A program made the translations under genes and the position numbers. From the NCBI GenBank assembly GCA_019828565.1, contig JAHDYR010000067.1, forward strand, positions 588,244 to 652,243: a DNA stretch of 64,000 nt, read 5' to 3'. The notes beneath the pieces are model-generated. The model did not search any database, was not told the origin of the DNA, and saw nothing but the letters and a program-made list of their open reading frames with translations. Source of the stretch: Carpediemonas membranifera BICM. Taxonomy: Eukaryota; Protista; Fornicata. Shown piece by piece: positions 63,242 through 64,000 of the stretch (within the stretch, counting starts at the first letter, position 1; each line of letters starts with the position of its first letter).

Positions 63242-64000
63242 TTATGAATCATTCGGGTCGACGTCGACGGGAATGATGTCTCTCGGCCTTCTGGGCGCCT
63301 CGCACTCGACCAGCTCAGCCACCCCATCTGACTCACCCACCTTGAACCACTGGCCAGTTGAGCCGCAGAAGCGGAGGCGGCATTTGTTGACCGCTGTCGC
63401 CTCAATTGGAACCATGGTAAGATTCCCACGGTGGCAGTAGTGGGTGACACCCTCGGTCACCCAGACCATCCGATCATATTCACCCCAGAACCCCTTGACC
63501 CTCTCTGGGAACCAGAGCGGGGTGGATGTGAGGCACTTGTCGCGTTCGCTGAAACCAGGCAGCAGGCCCGACTGGGCGATATGAAAGGGAACTTCGCCGG
63601 CGAAGAGCAGCTGGCGGCCGCTGAGGAAGACGGTGAAAAAACGAGTCTCTGAAGTCATGATCCGGTCGACCCAGAAGGGCAGGTCGACGAAGCGTGTCAT
63701 ATCATCATCGTGCCCGAGCCCCAACCGGCCACAATAGTTGCCCCCGCTGATCATCTGCCGATCGCCCATTGAGAGGATGACAGTTGTTGCATTGAGCAGA
63801 CCTGCATGCATGATGTGATCTGGGACAAAGCCAGACGGCACTGCTACTGGGGTGAACGGACGTCTATTGCCCCTCTCGGCTTCGCCTATGAACCAATTCG
63901 CCTTGTTGCCCGCCATGACAGTGCCGACCGGAGTGAGTATGAACGTCTGATATTCATATATCGACACAGCAGTCACCATCCTGTGCTTCTCCCAGGGGGG
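63242..64000 (-). CDS. RCC1-repeat mosaic family copy K (3' half; 5' part outside the window)
   Basis: Family framework from PPWEKHRMVT to the stop. Confidence 0.85.
   Translation of the reverse strand, partial: PPWEKHRMVTAVSIYEYQTFILTPVGTVMAGNKANWFIGEAERGNRRPFTPVAVPSGFVPDHIMHAGLLNATTVILSMGDRQMISGGNYCGRLGLGHDDDMTRFVDLPFWVDRIMTSETRFFTVFLSGRQLLFAGEVPFHIAQSGLLPGFSERDKCLTSTPLWFPERVKGFWGEYDRMVWVTEGVTHYCHRGNLTMVPIEATAVNKCRLRFCGSTGQWFKVGESDGVAELVECEAPRRPRDIIPVDVDPNDS

Overview
Gene-dense genomic DNA from a unicellular eukaryote: standard genetic code, short intergenic spaces, and very short GT-AG introns (mostly 28-32 nt). A fornicate/metamonad protist such as Carpediemonas is my inference, not proven. 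Single-copy genes include a proteasome beta subunit, RNA Pol I/III AC40, MCM10, eIF5B, a USP7-like protease, reticulon, a cyclin, an ATG2-like protein, gamma-COP, NOT3, a TM-RGS protein, WD40/LRR/TPR proteins and an IQ-pseudokinase. Between them lie 11 dispersed copies (A-K) and one collapsed remnant of a ~1.6-kb RCC1-repeat gene, together about a quarter of the window. The copies are mosaics: near-invariant framework blocks alternate with about 17 short variable cassettes whose alleles are reassorted between copies, which suggests a gene-conversion-driven diversification system. The window also holds an internally deleted Fanzor1 (eukaryotic TnpB-like) element with hairpins where an omegaRNA would be expected. 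Its terminal motif recurs at two more sites with different flanks.
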